Source: Chrysomallon squamiferum (lineage: Eukaryota > Animalia > Mollusca). Taken from it: a stretch of DNA of 64,000 nucleotides. The stretch lies in assembly GCA_012295275.1 (NCBI GenBank), contig CM022672.1, positions 16,988,001 to 17,052,000 of the forward strand, given 5' to 3'. How positions within the stretch are numbered: position 1 is the stretch's first letter; each line of letters opens with the position of its first letter. The translations under genes were made by a program, and so were the position numbers. The notes beneath the pieces are model-generated. The model saw nothing but the letters and a program-made list of their open reading frames with translations, searched no databases and was not told where the DNA came from. Below, one piece after another: positions 1-52,364 of the stretch.

Positions 1-1551
1 TAATTTTATTTAATTAATTTTTCTCTTTCTTTCTCAGTTATACAAATTTAATAATTATTTTTCTTTTGTATAACAATATCATTATTTGTCACAACTCTTC
101 AAAATAACAATAAACGTTTAAAATACCTTGATTATAGTACTTATTGAATAAACGTTATTATTATTTTGTTAAATAAGTCTGAAAATTGTTAATTATGAAC
201 GATAAAAACAAAATTAAGATGTTTTTCCAATTACTGAACTATTTTTGTTCTTTTGAATGATCAAACTTGTCGTATGTTTGCATCTTCCCAATACTCTAAG
301 GAAGCTTAACGTTTTCTTCTTTTGCTTTATTTTGGAATTAAGAATTTATTTTAGTTCTCTTAAAACTATAAATACATTTTCTCGCTCTGATAATGCAAAT
401 AAACATTTTGTGGTCTATTTATGATATCATGACTCTCCAGACATAATTTTGTAAACTGAGTCCAATGTTTAATTGTAGCAAAACTTTTTGTTGATCTCTA
501 GGCATCCACAAACCGTATCCATACAGTAAGCATGGTGGGAGACCAGACTGTAAGCATGAGTCAAACTGTTAATTATATTACACGGTGTACGTTATTATAA
601 AAGAAATAAGAAAAAATGGCAATGACTTTGTTTATCAGGACTGATACGGGGTTCAACCAGGGCGTTACTATTCGTCCATTACGTTTTTGTTTATTGTTGC
701 ATTTACAGACTCTTAACTCAGCCAGTACTGACGATCCACTAACGTTGTGTCACTTAACATTGAAAAAAATATATTTCCCTTTTTGTTCGATTCAATTTTC
801 TAGCGGCTTAGGGGGTCAATTAAACCTCTAATACTTCTTAATAAACGATGACAAAACAGAATGCTATATATATATATATTTTATGAACTGCGACTCCTCC
901 GGAAACAGTAATCTTATTCTTACCTGTGTACGTTAGTGCGAGACCTAGCTTGCTATTTGTATACTGGAGACCAAACATCTGATTTCATTACAAATATCTT
1001 AAGGGAGAACAATTCATATTGGTGGAAAAAATATCAGAAACACGGATTTTATGACCGGGTACACAAAAGACTTAGAAAGAGCAACAGGTCCATTATTGGA
1101 AAATCATAATATGTCGTTGAGAAAGTATTATAGCTTTTAGAAAAAATAAAATAAAAATAAGAAAAAGAGAAGAATGTCGAATTAAATTAATAGTGTGCAT
1201 TGTGCTAGTGAGAGAATTTCGACTTTTCACTTTCTTTAAGGTGACTGAGGACGTTTCCAGTCAACCAGTGCTGGTCGCTTTGCTTCAGGTCGGGCGAAAA
1301 CACACTGACAAAAGCGAAAACAAAAAACGAATGTACCTCCTGGATGGGTGTGTTGGTTAAAGGGGAAGGGGCAACTTATCCCGATTAACTGTCGCCTTTT
1401 GTAAGACGACCGCGAATGAAAGTAATAAGGATAAACACAGGAACAAAAAAAATACTTTGCCGAGCCGCGTACTCGCTTAGCCTTGTAACTTGCAGGCCGA
1501 CCAGTACACACACGTGGTGGAGGAAACACGGCCGAAAGATTCACTTCGGAC

Positions 1552-2368
<817 letters not shown>

Positions 2369-3635
2369 CTAAAAAAAAACATACAGAGAACATTTATAAG
2401 TTGTAAGAAACATGAACATTTTTTATTACCGGTTAAAAGACGATAAATAATTTTTGTAATGGTCAAATGATTATTGGTGATTGCTTGTATAGATTATGTG
2501 ATTATATGAAGATATATAAAATTGTACATACTTTTATTTTATTTTTAAATGCGTCTTATTTCATTGGTACTTATATTTTTAAAATTGGTTAAATCAGAAT
2601 TTAATGATGTAATTTCTGCCGTCGTATTCTGACATAATTGCTTCTTTAATAATATTATTTATACCGAAATGAAATCACATATAAAATATATGATTTATTT
2701 CGAAATAATTAAATCCCAGGTATTTGTGAAAATTAATATGAGTGAAACAAAAGAAATTTTATCGAAAGAAAACAAAAAAATATAAAAAAATAAATAATCC
2801 GAAAAACTCCATCCCCAACAACAACGAATAATTAAATACAACAAATACATAGTTAATTAAACAATAAAAACAGCAACACTTGTATAAAAGTAATAGCTGT
2901 AGCAGTTGTGATTGTGATATAGTAATAGTAAAAACAGTAGTAGTGGTAATAATAGTAATAGTAAAAACAGTAGTAATAGTAGTGGTAGAATGATAGTAGT
3001 AGGAGAAGTAATAGTAGTTGTAGTAATAATAGAAGTAGTCATGGTAATAGTAATATAAATAGCCGCTGTAGTAAAAATAAATACATAAATAATAACAGAA
3101 GCAGTAGCTGTAGAATAGTTTCTGGATTTTTTTTTTTTGTGTATAATGTACTTTAGAAATTTCTTCACAATACTGTATTCATAAAATCACAATGTGTTTA
3201 CAAGATTTATGAGAATGAAACTCCATATTTATTTATTTATTTATTTATTTATTAATTTTGTTTTACTTTTTATTTTTTGACATTTTAATATTAACTTTCA
3301 AACTATGGATGAAATTAGTGACAGTGTCGCAATTTTCAGTTATAATTTTGCCCCACTTATTTATTAAATTTTAAAAACTATATTTTTCTTCTGCGATCGT
3401 AGAGAAGCATAAAATTTTCAGTTATCACTAACCAGACATTGTTAACTTTTTTTCTAAAAATAAGGATTATGAAAGGATAATTTTACTGCGTTAAATAAAT
3501 GAAATAAGAGAAATCACCCCAAACCTCCGAACAGAGTAGAATAAATAAATAAATAAATAATTAATAAATAAATAAACAAACAAATCAAATAGAATAACAA
3601 ACTTCCAACAATATTAATACTATTTATTTCTTTAA

Positions 3636-3668
<33 letters not shown>

Positions 3669-4820
3669 GAATTTATTTATTATTATTATTTTTAAATATA
3701 TATCTATGGAACAAAATGATTTTTAAATATAAAGACGTAAAGAGTTATTTACCCTTGGCTAATGATTTATTTTCCTCTACCTGAGGGAAAAAACCAAATG
3801 AACAAAAAAAAAGAAAGAAAAAATTTCAAATATAAAAACTAGTGGTGCCTGTTTTAAATGTGATATATGGTTAATGAAAAAAAGATTAAAAAACAAAACA
3901 AAAAAAAGAAACAAAAACAAAAACAAAACAACAAAAACAGCTGATAAGCAAAAATTAACAGCTGGAGCAAAAAGTACAGTCAGAGTAAGTCGTGATCTGT
4001 ATTTTATTTTATTTAATTTTAATTTTAATTTTAATTTTACTATTTTATTTCTAAAAATTATAATAATACAAATTATTTACGAAAATAAAGGATTAAAAAA
4101 AAAATCTATTTAAACCGCATTTTTGGAGTTCTTAATAATCTCATATTATAATACTTTATTAGTCAAGAGGCGTGTTTTCATAATTTTTAAAAATCGATTT
4201 ACCTTGACTAAGTATCTAATTAATTTCCTTTGAGTAAAAAAAAAAAAGACTAAATTTACATTTATTTGTTTATTTATTTATTTACATAGCTATTTTTGTA
4301 TTTGATCGGCATTATTCGGCTCATTTCGAGTCAACTCGGCGGAACTCGGTCTTCAGCAGAATATTTTCATACACGATCATTCATATCACCTCCAGCATTT
4401 GTACATTGGTATATTTTTCAATACAAAGTTATCTTTTACAACTACAAATAAATACTTATATTATGCTGTGTCATAATTTATATTCATTAAAAACTATTTA
4501 AACAGATAAACATACAAACAAAAATAAATAAATGTTTTATTAAAAATACAATATTTTCTATCATTGTAATTAATCGCAATCACTGAAAAAAAAAAATTAA
4601 AAAAAAAATTAAAGTCATAACAATGCAGCCATAAACACAAATATTGTTTCGTATTTTAACAGCTACCTTTATCAAATAACATCCTCCAAAACATTATAAC
4701 AACAGCAGCAGCAACAACAACAACAACAACAACAATAATAATAATAATAAGGACCTGTATTAAAAAAAAAAAAACACTTTCTAAGAGCAGATAATTCCTA
4801 TAACCTTAGGTTACAAAATA

Positions 4821-5450
4821 CAGTGGTACCTTGAATAACAAGTTTAATTCGTTCCGTGACCGACCTCTTAATTCAGTTTGCTCGTATATCAAATCAATGT
4901 TCCCAACTGAAATTCTTTGAAATACCATTAATCCGTTCCAACCCCCTATTAAAAAAACACCCACATTTTTCCACGTGTTTTTAAATAAGAAAAAATGTAT
5001 TTGTAAATGACAAATATTGTATAAAAAAAAAACAAAATAAAAGAGAATGTAAAGAAATAAACTGGTTTTGTAAAATGTACAGGGTTAGGGTTTTAACGCC
5101 TTTGGCTGGAGTTACAGCCTTTATCGACTCCTTCTGCTTCAGTGTGGTACATATCGTAGAAGTACTGCGCTCGTACTGCCTAGCCAAGTTGACCACCTGC
5201 ACACCTCGCTCATGTTTTTCTATGATTTCATGCTTTATTTCAATGGACATCATCCGCTTCTTCTTCTCAGCATTGTCCTTTGCATTCACTTTCTTAGGAT
5301 CCATGATCAGAAAAAAGAAATTTGGCAAAATACTGCATAAAACACAAGCACAACACAACAGAGATGCTTCCGCGGCGAGGTAACCACGTGAAGCAAACGA
5401 GTGAGACGCGGGATGCTGTGCGGATGTTGCGTTGTTCGTTGCGCACAAAT
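4821..5450 (-). mobile_element. Truncated Tigger/pogo DNA transposon with a CENP-B-type N-terminal HTH remnant
   Basis: TA|CAGTGGTACCT terminus at 4821; minus-strand MDPKKVNAKD..KKKRMMSIEIKHEIIEKHERG..LARQY..STSTICTTLK from 5304; second TIR not found. Confidence 0.82.
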
Positions 5451-5661
5451 TATATACCTAACGTGTTTAAATATAGGAAACGATATGAATATAATTTCCT
5501 TTTACATCTTTAAAATTATCGCTAACTGTTCTAAATAATTTAACTGGCTTTAATTTTATAATAAGTTATTAAGAACTCAAGAAATGAAAGTTTAGTAGAT
5601 TTGTTTTAAATTTTTTTTTTTTTTTATTATTTTTTTTTTAGATAATAATAATAATTATCAT

Positions 5662-5704
<43 letters not shown>

Positions 5705-6406
5705 TGATAATAATAGTAATAATAATAATAATGATTAAATGGTATCATAATTAATAATAACTTAATATTAATAGTATGTCATACAGTTCGGGTTTTGCTT
5801 TTTTCATTTACTTTCTTTTAATATACAGTATACATATGTGTCCCACGGCCAGTTTATAATTTTGTTGCGTCCAGTTTCTTTTTAATTATATGTGTAATTC
5901 TTAATCATAATATTATAATTACGCTACACGACAATGTTACTGGATTAAAACAAATCTCGTTGTTTATTAAAATGTTTCGTCTTTCTTATTTGATAAGCCC
6001 GTCTTTATTTGATTTATTGTTTGACAGATGATTTTAAATATATAGATATTAGTTTATAGACATCTTATTTATTTTTTTCACTTGTTAATGGTTGTAAGTT
6101 GTCAAAGATAGACTGATCACCTGAAAGAGAATGCCCAATAACAGCGTGCCACAAATGTTTCTTTTCAGTTAGCAGCTGTCGCTATTGCTATTGCTATATA
6201 TATATATATATATATATAAATGTTATATCATACTGATTAATACATATACACACAAATCATCTTCGGGGTATATTCGTATCAGTGTCAGGTTTGCTAACAG
6301 AAGTAAAAATGCGTATATACGATGTGGGAGTGAAAACATAGACACAAATTCAAATATAAAAACTTAAAACTAATAATAATAACACACACACAGAGACACA
6401 CACACG

Positions 6407-6438
<32 letters not shown>

Positions 6439-7743
6439 CACATAAATCTATAGAAATATTCTTAGTTTATTTATTGTTAAGATTAACAATTCATGTAAAT
6501 ATTCCTAGAAGAAATTATTATTTTCAGTTTATTATGACACTAATAATCTTTAATTCATCTTTTTAAATTCACAGTACAATGATATAATGACAATAAGTTA
6601 TCTTCAACAAAAGTATTATCCATTATTCATTTTTTTTTTTTTTTTTATGCATTTCTATATAAAAGATAACGCATTACTGTAATCACATGTTATTGTGACA
6701 GCGTAGACAGTGTAAGATAATACGTTTATCACGTTACAAGTGAATTACCAGCAAGATAATATAGTCCACATGTTCCCACACCACCTCCGTGAAATAATAA
6801 AAGAGAAAAGAAAAAGAGTTATGAATAGGCAACGGAATATTTTCTGCACGACAACCGAGTTTGGTAAATCGAAAACGTGACGGGAGAGGCTTATCGAGGA
6901 CACCCGATTTTCTATTTCAACCCACTCGTTACTTTAACTGACATTAATAATGATAATAACAATTTTTTTAGTAATATGAAGTTTGATTTAGTTATTTTTT
7001 GAAATACGTAAAGCTTTTAGAATATGGAGAGCAGATTCATAGTTGATCTGACCTTCTTGACGCCGGTTAAGAGGTAATGGAAAATGATATTACTCATATC
7101 AGGTTGTTTTTGTTTGTTTGTTTTTTAATTTTCTGATTTTTAAGTTTACAGCAAAAGTTTTAAACACAGATAACACCAATGTCAAAGTTTAAAGATATAT
7201 ACTTTCTTTTATCTGCTATAAGATGTCAGATATTTAAAAAGAAAGACGACATGTTGATATATGAGAAGCAAACAGATAAATCAAATGAGACAAATCTAAG
7301 AAACAATCTGATGCATCAAATGACACAAATTTGAGAAACAAAGTGAAGGGACGAGAAAGAGAGGTAGAGACAAAGAGAGAACGAGAGGGCAAATGCGTAG
7401 AGGTAAAGTAGATTAAAAATAAAATAAAAAGAGAAACGGTAGAGTTCAGATAGGAGAACGAAATAGAAGATAAAGAAAAAGAGAGAGGGATGGAAACTGA
7501 TTAGGAAAAAGAGAGAAAGAGAGAATCTGTGAGATGTGAGAGAAAGAGAGAGGTGGGTTTAAGTGGATGAATGAGGGTGATTATAAAATAAATTATGTTG
7601 TAGCATACAGGAGAAGAGACAAAAATAGATGAGATAAAAAGAGATGAACGATAAATAAAAGAAGATAATAGTGGAAAAAAAAGAAGGAGAGAAAAACAAT
7701 GGAGATAGAGACAGAAAAAGAAAATAAGAACATAGAGAAAAAG

Positions 7744-7826
<83 letters not shown>

Positions 7827-9247
7827 CAATTAATATGAAATTAACCATTAATAAAATTATTCTGACACACTAAAAACTGTGTTGTGAACTGTCGCTGTGT
7901 ATTTATTTTATCATTGATTCAGATTTGGTACAAATACCGCTCGTAAGCATGAACTCCATATACAGTTAACATTAAACTTTTCTTTTGCTTATAAATATAA
8001 AAGAAAGCTTTTCTTCTCCTCAAACCATAAACTAAAAAGTAAAAAAAAAAAAAAAAAAGAATGAATCATATCGACACAGAGATTTAATTCAAATCACGAC
8101 CATGTCGATTTTTTCAAATTACTTTTATACAGAAACAAATTACTTCGAAATAGAAAAAACCCTCTGAGAACCGGCCCTTGACAAACCTGAATTCGAGGTG
8201 TCTATTCGCACACCCTGACATTTCAATAGCATAACTTTTTCTTTTCACCGCAGCACCATATCAGTATCTCAAAACACTTTTAAACCACCTCACAACACAA
8301 TACAAATGTTTATGCAAAGAAGGGAAAACCTTATGCATAGAGTGAAACCTCGCTAATCTTTGCAGTATGAATTTTATATTTTTATTTTTTTATTTCATTA
8401 TTTACAGAATTTTTATCTTTATTTATTTTATTTTATCTTTATTTTATCTTTATTTTATCTTTATTTTATCTTTATTTTATTATATTTCATTCTACTTTTC
8501 TTTTTTTTTTTCAAAAATTATTTGTTAAATTTTTAATTTTTAACTTTTTTTTCTCACGGGTGGGGAAGGGAGTAATTAGTTTAAAAAAGTCAGAATGAGG
8601 AAATTTCTATTGCAGCGAACGGGATAAAAAATAGTTACGTCTCTTGAAATACTAATTACAGTTTATATATATTTGATAAAAAAAAATGTCAAAAGCTACA
8701 TAGTAATTTGCGTGTGTTATTGGAAATTTTATGATTCAAATGGCAGTTTCATTTAGATGCAAACTAAACCAAATATCTTATATAAATAGGAGATATAAAT
8801 GTCCGCAAATTACTGCAACAGGATGTCTTCAGTTATGTCTTGGAGATGAATAGTTTATTTTAATTATCATTTCATTTTTGCCTTATCAACAAGGAAAGCT
8901 CAAACTTCGACCATTTGTGAAAAAAACTTTCAGAAGTTTTTGAACGATTGAACGAACATACATATATATATATACGTACATACATACGTATATACATTCA
9001 TTCATATATGTATTATTACATTTATATATGTCTTCATACATTCATATATGTATTCATACATTCAGACATACATACATACATACATACATAAGCATATATT
9101 ACGAAAAAAAAACAACAACACGTAACTGTTTCCAACAGTCAAAAAACTTCGCTGTGCTGTTCAGCCATCCGTAAAGCGTAGTTTTCTTCACTGCCGGAGT
9201 CCAGTCGGCGGAGGTCTCACTGTAAGTTTGTGTTAAAACGTAAAGAC

Positions 9248-9285
9248 TATTTAAAATTAGCGACGATCTCCAGTGACTCATCTCA
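9248..9285 (+). promoter_or_regulatory. Candidate core promoter of gene 1 (TATTTAAA; AP-1-like TGACTCA at 9274)
   Basis: TATA-like motif about 100 nt upstream of the ATG in a locally CpG-richer patch. Confidence 0.3.
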
Positions 9286-9348
9286 CACACACTGAATCGC
9301 AGGTCGGTTTGTCAGTTTACACGACCAGCTCGCCGAGACGTCACTGCA

Positions 9349-45569
<36,221 letters not shown>

Positions 45570-46134
45570 TGACCCTTTATGGTTTGTAATTTTATTAAAT
45601 ATATTATTTTAAAAATATTCTCGTAACGTGTAATACACATTGATGACAATTAGTTTATTAAATGTTAATTAATTAGTAAATAATATTACTCTCGTTATTA
45701 TTTTTTTTTATTAGAAACAGAAGAAATTAGGATGTTACAAAACAACAGTCTATTGTTTATATTTCAGGACTTAATTCCGTGGAAGATGTAATTCTGATTC
45801 CACTGCCTACATCAAAACAACTTTGCTGAGGTAATTCACACAAACATCCATCCTACATATTTTGAAGAAACAAATAGGCGTCGTCTGTGAAGACTTATTG
45901 TGATTGTGAATAATTAAAAGTTTTGATTTGTGATATGTTTCAGCTCTTGGATGACATCAATGTTAAATGTTTCATTTTTATCATTTTAATCACATACTGT
46001 CAATTGTACATAATGTTCTATTCTTTTCTTTTCCGTTTTTAAAAATAATTTCTCTATAAGAGATTTCTGTGTGTTACGTACTGTAAAAATTTGTCAAATG
46101 TTTGTAAAATGTTTTAAAATGTGGATAAACTGAA

Positions 46135-46145
46135 AATAAAATAAA
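46135..46145 (+). terminator. Candidate polyadenylation signal of gene 1 (overlapping AATAAA)
   Basis: AATAAAATAAA about 570 nt after the stop; such hexamers are common in AT-rich DNA. Confidence 0.35.
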
Positions 46146-46643
46146 AGTGTACACAATTTATCGATTTTAAAATAACAGTAATTTAGCATCAATATTTAGC
46201 AATGATATGACAATATTTCTGTTACTTTTGCAATTAATATATATAATTATTATTATGTATGTACATATGTGCGTGCGTGTATGCGTTTGCATGTCTGCGT
46301 GTGTGCACGAATGTATGTCTTGTTGTCTTACTATAATTGATAGTTGTCTGGTTGTATAGCTACGTACCTGTCTACGTACCCACCTACCTATTTGTCTGAT
46401 TTTGTTTCTTTTATATTACCTATTTTTAAAATGATGTCAGATTTAAAGAATACTTATATGCACTTATTATCTACCTTTCAAGCTGTCTCTCTATCTACCT
46501 ATCTATCTATTATCTATTAAACTATCTGTCTATCCATCTATTATATATAAAAATAACAACAACAACAAAAAATAATCCTTAATGTTAATACTTCCCCATA
46601 CAAAAAAAAAAAAAAATAATAATAATAATAATAATAAAAAAAA

Positions 46644-46682
<39 letters not shown>

Positions 46683-47197
46683 CAACCAAAACAAACAAGA
46701 ATAACAAAATCCCTATTAGCTAATCGTTTGCTCTAGCTGGTTTCTTTGTTTATTTTCTGTATATCGTCTTTAACTATTTGTTATGACAACTAATAACAGA
46801 TCAAAAATGTGTTGAGTTCTTCATTAAATAAAATTTGATCGCTTCTCTTACTGCCTCAGTCTAGTTCAATAACAGTCACAATTACTAGCAGGCGTATCTG
46901 TATATATAAGTGTGAGTTTTCAAGCAAAACATTTTTTTTTTAAACAGACCTCCCCTGACAAAAGTAACTCCTGCATGTAAATTGAAAAATAATTTTTATG
47001 ATCACACAAATGAATGTGAAAAGGTGTTATTGCTGACAACAGTCTTGATCAGCATGAAATGTGTTCGATTTACGACGTCATTTTTGACATTAAAAAAGAG
47101 TTTAATCTCTGCTGCAAATCAGTTTTAAAAGGTTACCTGATGTCGAAAGAGTTTAAGTAGAACACAATGCATTATTAATCCAAAAATTTACATTTAT

Positions 47198-47299
<102 letters not shown>

Positions 47300-50200
47300 T
47301 AAAAAAAGATAAAAAAAATAAAAATATTAAAAAAATAAAAAAATTCCCATAAAAAAAATATTAAAAAAAAAGAGGAACGTCCAGGAAAATTATTTTTTTC
47401 TCTCTATTTGGTCCCATCTCAAAGTATTCGTTCCACATGACAAGAACAAAAAAAAAAAAAGAAAACTGTTAAAATCATAAACCAGGGGGAGAATATCTGT
47501 CCACTGGACAATTGTAAACTCCAGACGGACATAGGTAACTACATTTTTACTGCTCTTTTTAACCTTGATTTGATTATTTTTATTACGGCACTATACCAGT
47601 ATTTTAGACAATGTCTGTGGTAATCTTGCTAAGTAAATTCCAAGGTTTTACTGTTCTAATACATTACAAGAATTACTCGTAGATATGTGTGGATTTAATA
47701 TTAATAGAAGTAGATGTTGGTTTTTAAATGTTATTACTGTAGTAATTAGTCAGCTCTAGAGTTAATACAGATACAGAAATGTATTGTGCTTTGTTTTTAT
47801 TTCTAATGAACTTAAACCTACTAACTTAATACTTATATATATAAACTGTCTTTGATGATTAGTATGTATTCGTTATGACTTTACTACTCGATTGCCAGAG
47901 TGTCTTAATTTGGAATAAGTTATCGGTATCCGTTTTGTTCCATAAGACAAAGGCTAAAAACAAAGAAATGACTTTTAACTCATATGCATATTAATAAAAT
48001 AAAAATACGACGAGAAAGTATTCAGCCAATGAATATCTTTAGAACAAGTATCGTGGCACTGATGTAACTTAGTCACTGAGGGGGATTTTTCAACACGTAC
48101 AAGATCAACCAGACTCATCTTTGGCCAGTCAGCAAATCGCAAATAAGCATCACAAATATGGACATTCATCCACTGAAACATTCCAGTAATAAGGAAGGCT
48201 TTTCGGAATCATTCCATCAGCGAGGCTCAGATAAAAAATTTGTTGCCACGCTTTCTTTCGCAGAACTTGTCTTCGCAGTCAGACGAAGATAAATGTTTAG
48301 ATGGTTATCCCTGGTTCTCCGCCAGAGATAGGTTTATATGAGTTTTGGCTTTTTTTGTTTTTTTTGCCAATCGTACTCTTTCCATATCCAGTTGGCAAAA
48401 CGTGTTCCATAATATCAGGAATCCTTACTATATTGAGAGGAACTTTCGCATGCGTCGCGCTGAAAAGCTGTCACGTGCTAATCAGATGACCTTTACGTCA
48501 TAACTGAGGTTGATTGAAACATGTCCAAAGATTTCTGAGTCGTTGACTTATTTTAGAGGTCTTGTGTTTCTTCTTCTGTAGGTATGTATGACTGCACGGT
48601 ATACAAGTGGACTCAAAAATGACCGATCTAAAAAATTGTAGATGAGTATTGTTTAATGAGTATACCAGCCAACCGTACGTCTGGCAAAGGTTAGCCAAGA
48701 AATAATGTAAAACTTATTTTTAGCGAAGATAGAAAAAAAATGTCAAAAGTTTCAATAAGACAGCTCATTGAAACTTGTGACATATAATTCGTATTATTAT
48801 ACAACCATTTAGATAATGGATATTACATAGAAAAATACCTATGATTCCAAATTGGCCAGTGAATAGTAGTGTTCAGGAAAACAAGGTTTAATCTTATGCA
48901 TGATGCAAATATGTAATATAAAATAATAATGATAAGTGCATGAAACTAATACCTTTACCTTTATTTTCTTATATCCTTAAAATGGAAAATTGGCTGTTTC
49001 AGGAATATTTTGCTTTGCCTGAAGAAAATCATTTAAGATTTATGCACAGGAAGTTAAGGTAATCATAATGGAATAAGGTTTATTCAAGCTAACACATAGA
49101 AGGACTATTGTATAATAGAAAGTTAACCTATCTAAAACAATATGTTTAGGTTTATTATAAAATATTTTGTGCACTTTTACTGTAATAAAATATAACGTAC
49201 TGCAAAGTAAATATAATAAATAAATGAATAATAATTGAAAGAATTGTCTTTTTCTATATCTATTCTTCATTAAATGTGTCCAAAGGCTTTCTACCAATTT
49301 AACTTGAACGTACTTCAAGCCAGTTTCTTCTTACAATATATGAATCATGCATATGAAAATATACAAGATTAACTGGTCATTTCACTTATTAGTTTTGTTT
49401 TTTTCTTTTTCGAATAGAGGTCAGCATGAAACTGATCTTTTGGATAAATATCTAATTTCAAAACACGCTCCTTAAAGCTTCGAACAGTGATATGCAGTTG
49501 ATTTTATTTTTGTCAGAACTCCAGCTTATTTTTCATCTGATTCAGGTACAAATATCTCAAGACAGATAGTTGTTTATCTTCGTAGGCCGTGGGCTACATA
49601 ATATCTCTCCATCGTTTTAGCATACCTCTAATGTTTTTTCAAACCTTGGGATGTTCTCTACAATATTTTAATACATGTTGTTCCAATAAACTTGTTGACA
49701 AGACACCCCACTTGTAAAGATGAACAACTGATTTTCTGTATTCTATAACAATTACACAGATACGTAATGAAGAAACATTTTGTATTTTTTCCTCAGCATT
49801 TCAACAGAAGCCTTCTTTTCATATCAGTCTTATCATGATACATGGTCAATACATACGATGTTAAAGTTAAAACCATTTGTAATGGAATACGATCTGTTAT
49901 TTTTAGTACAATTATGTATATGTTATCTTAATCTATTAAGCATTATATGACATAAACAAAAACTAGATAATTTTTAAACATAATTCAGGTAAAGGTCTGA
50001 AACGTAAATGTGTTTAACGTCTACATGTCACTTCCAGTGACACACACAAATCGCAGAAATCGCTTGCGAAGGGTACCTATATTTCACATTAAGGAAATCC
50101 CAAGACTTCAGAAAAATACATGTTTATTAAAATGTAGTAAGGGTGCAAGTATGCCCTAATAGAGATACAAGTATGAATAAAAGATTGATCAGATAGCTCT

Positions 50201-50855
50201 TATTTTGCTACATGAATTAAAGACGGAATGAATGAACACACCTAACTAAAAAAATCATTAAACATTTGAGTGAAGACCTAGTGGACTGTCATATCGCTAT
50301 ATCCATTTAAAAAATGTTGTTACCAACCATTCATCTACGGCAAAGGAGCACCGCCAATAAAATCAGATAATCATAATAGCTTAGTTTTGTGAGATGTAGA
50401 CCATCTTCTACAATGAAATGTTTGTAAATGAATATTTTTTTTTAATCAGTGCATAATTTAACATCTAAACCAATGGCTTGAAGCTCAGTGATTAGAGCAA
50501 CAGCCTCAAGTTATGAATGATCATTTCTCCTTAATGTAACCATTGGACTATTTTACGTTCAAACGTTTATCTCGAGGCTTCTTTGAGGATGGCACTCGTA
50601 TATATTTTAATGTGTGTGGGAATGAACACTTTAATATCTCAAGTTACTTAATGAAAATTCCGTGGAAATAAAAATTATAACAAAATCCAGATATTTCTAA
50701 ATTATCATCTTATGACTCTTAAATATTTAAATTGAAGTTTCATTAAGCTACCTTTAGTAATTATAATCGAAAAACTCATTCAGTAATTTTCAGCAAGCTA
50801 AAATTTGAATGTTTTTATTTGTGAAAATATCTTTCCTTTGACATTTTAAAAGGTT

Positions 50856-51030
50856 GTCTCTGTGGCCGAATGTTAACATCGTACGACTTCGGAATGCAGG
50901 CGAATGTGTGCCGCCTGTTCGAGTCTCGTCAGCGGCATCTGAAGGTTTTGTCAGGTCATGATTGGACTTTGTTCTCCTGCGCAATGCTTTCCTGAATACT
51001 GTCTACGTGCAGAGTCTATTCAGATGTACA
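50856..51030 (+). mobile_element. tRNA-derived SINE-like element
   Basis: Pol III A box TGGCCGAATG (50863) and B box GTTCGAGTC (50917) in a GC-richer island; 3' end approximate. Confidence 0.55.
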
Positions 51031-52156
51031 TAAGACAGAGAATATTCAAAATCCTAAACTACATACATATATATGTATATATACACACATACATACTTGC
51101 AAGATTAAAGCGCACACCCTCAAACACCCACCCACACACACGCAGACACACACAAACACAACCAGTTGGATAATGTTTGTTACAGTTCTAAAAGGATTTT
51201 ATCTTTTACGGTTTTTATTATTATTTTTTTTAGTCATTATATATATATTTTTTTTTTGGCAAATATGCTTTTCGTATGTATAATGTCCTTATTCATTTTT
51301 AGAAATAGGAACTTTGTTGGTTGTGAAAGGCTTGGTAAATATTTCCAACTTGTTTCTCAGCAAGATAAGAATCAGCTGTATAAAAATTTAGCATCCTGAG
51401 AACAACGGGTACGAGACAAGAGAATGACACCCACCAAAAACGTCATAGATAATAATTTATTTTTTATATGTTTACCGTATGCCCAGTGCAGATGACTCAC
51501 ATATATTTACATTATAAACACAGATACAATTGTTTCCTTTTATCATAATTATCTACCTGAAGTAGAATAAACTTTTCTAAATGATTTCATTATAACATGA
51601 ACAGATGTTGGAACATGCTCTGGGTACGTAGTTTATAACCATGTATTTAAATTACGTGCTGTTTAGGCACTCTGTAATGGAAAAGAAAATATTCATGATA
51701 TTTTGATGTATTCTATATCGATACCAAGTCATTCTGAAGTTTTATTATTTGTACATTGGTTTTACATAAGATCGTCTCGTTGAAGCTTTTGACATTTTTC
51801 TACGAGAAGGTAATAATCAATGTTCATAAAGCTGCTTAAGACAATGTATACTATTCATAGTTTTGGAAGTGGATTCTGTGTACTGAAAATCAGATTCAGA
51901 ATCTGTTCAAACTGTAATCATATGGTTTACATTATTTTTACGGATATCATACAGGAAAATCCTATGATTGATCAGAGAAAATAAATTTTGCATGATACAA
52001 ATATGTAACTTAAAAAAAGATAAGTATATTTTTTCTGTGACGAAAATAACGTTTCACCTTTTATCACTATATCGCATACATAGCAAATGAACATCAAAAT
52101 AACATGAAAACGTTCCATTTGAAAGAGTATGAAAAATATATAATGTAGATTTATAG

Positions 52157-52364
52157 TTACGCACTAAGAACTCATAATATGATTCAACATCTGTTCATAT
52201 TATAATGAAACCAATTAGAAACTGTTTATTCTAATTCAGCGATTATTACTGAACTGTGTTTTACGCACTAAGTATTCATAATATGATTCAACATCTGTTC
52301 ATATTATAATGAAAAAAATTAGAAACTGTTTATTCTAATTCAGCGATTATTACTGAACTGTGTT
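52157..52364 (+). repeat. Direct tandem duplication, about 104 bp x2
   Basis: TTACGCACTAAG...TTACTGAACTGTGTT occurs twice. Confidence 0.92.

Noticed and set aside
420-550. Minus-strand LLYGYGLW resembling the LINE RT thumb motif LLYGxExW
   Set aside because: A single short motif with no convincing flanking similarity.
3753-3783. Minus-strand 28-nt micro-exon candidate with a strong pyrimidine tract
   Set aside because: No partner exons or recognisable product; A-rich tracts create such acceptors by chance.
8338-8612. Tigger-like terminus AGTGAAACCTCGCTAA
   Set aside because: No convincing matching inverted terminus found.
47975-48700. GC-richer intergenic patch with short ORFs
   Set aside because: No recognisable motif or splice-consistent frame in what I translated. 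Possibly a decayed repeat, but unclassifiable by eye.
49550-49725. Minus-strand HLYKWG...EQHVLKYC resembling the C-terminus of a LINE ORF2
   Set aside because: Interrupted by stops, with similarity to a few residues only. Not supportable without a profile search.
50482-50500. AGCTCAGTGATTAGAGCA, a tRNA A-box-like string
   Set aside because: No B box follows and it is too short to call.
50856-50937. tRNA gene
   Set aside because: A and B boxes are present but I could not form a clean cloverleaf by eye. A SINE head fits better; tRNAscan-SE would decide.
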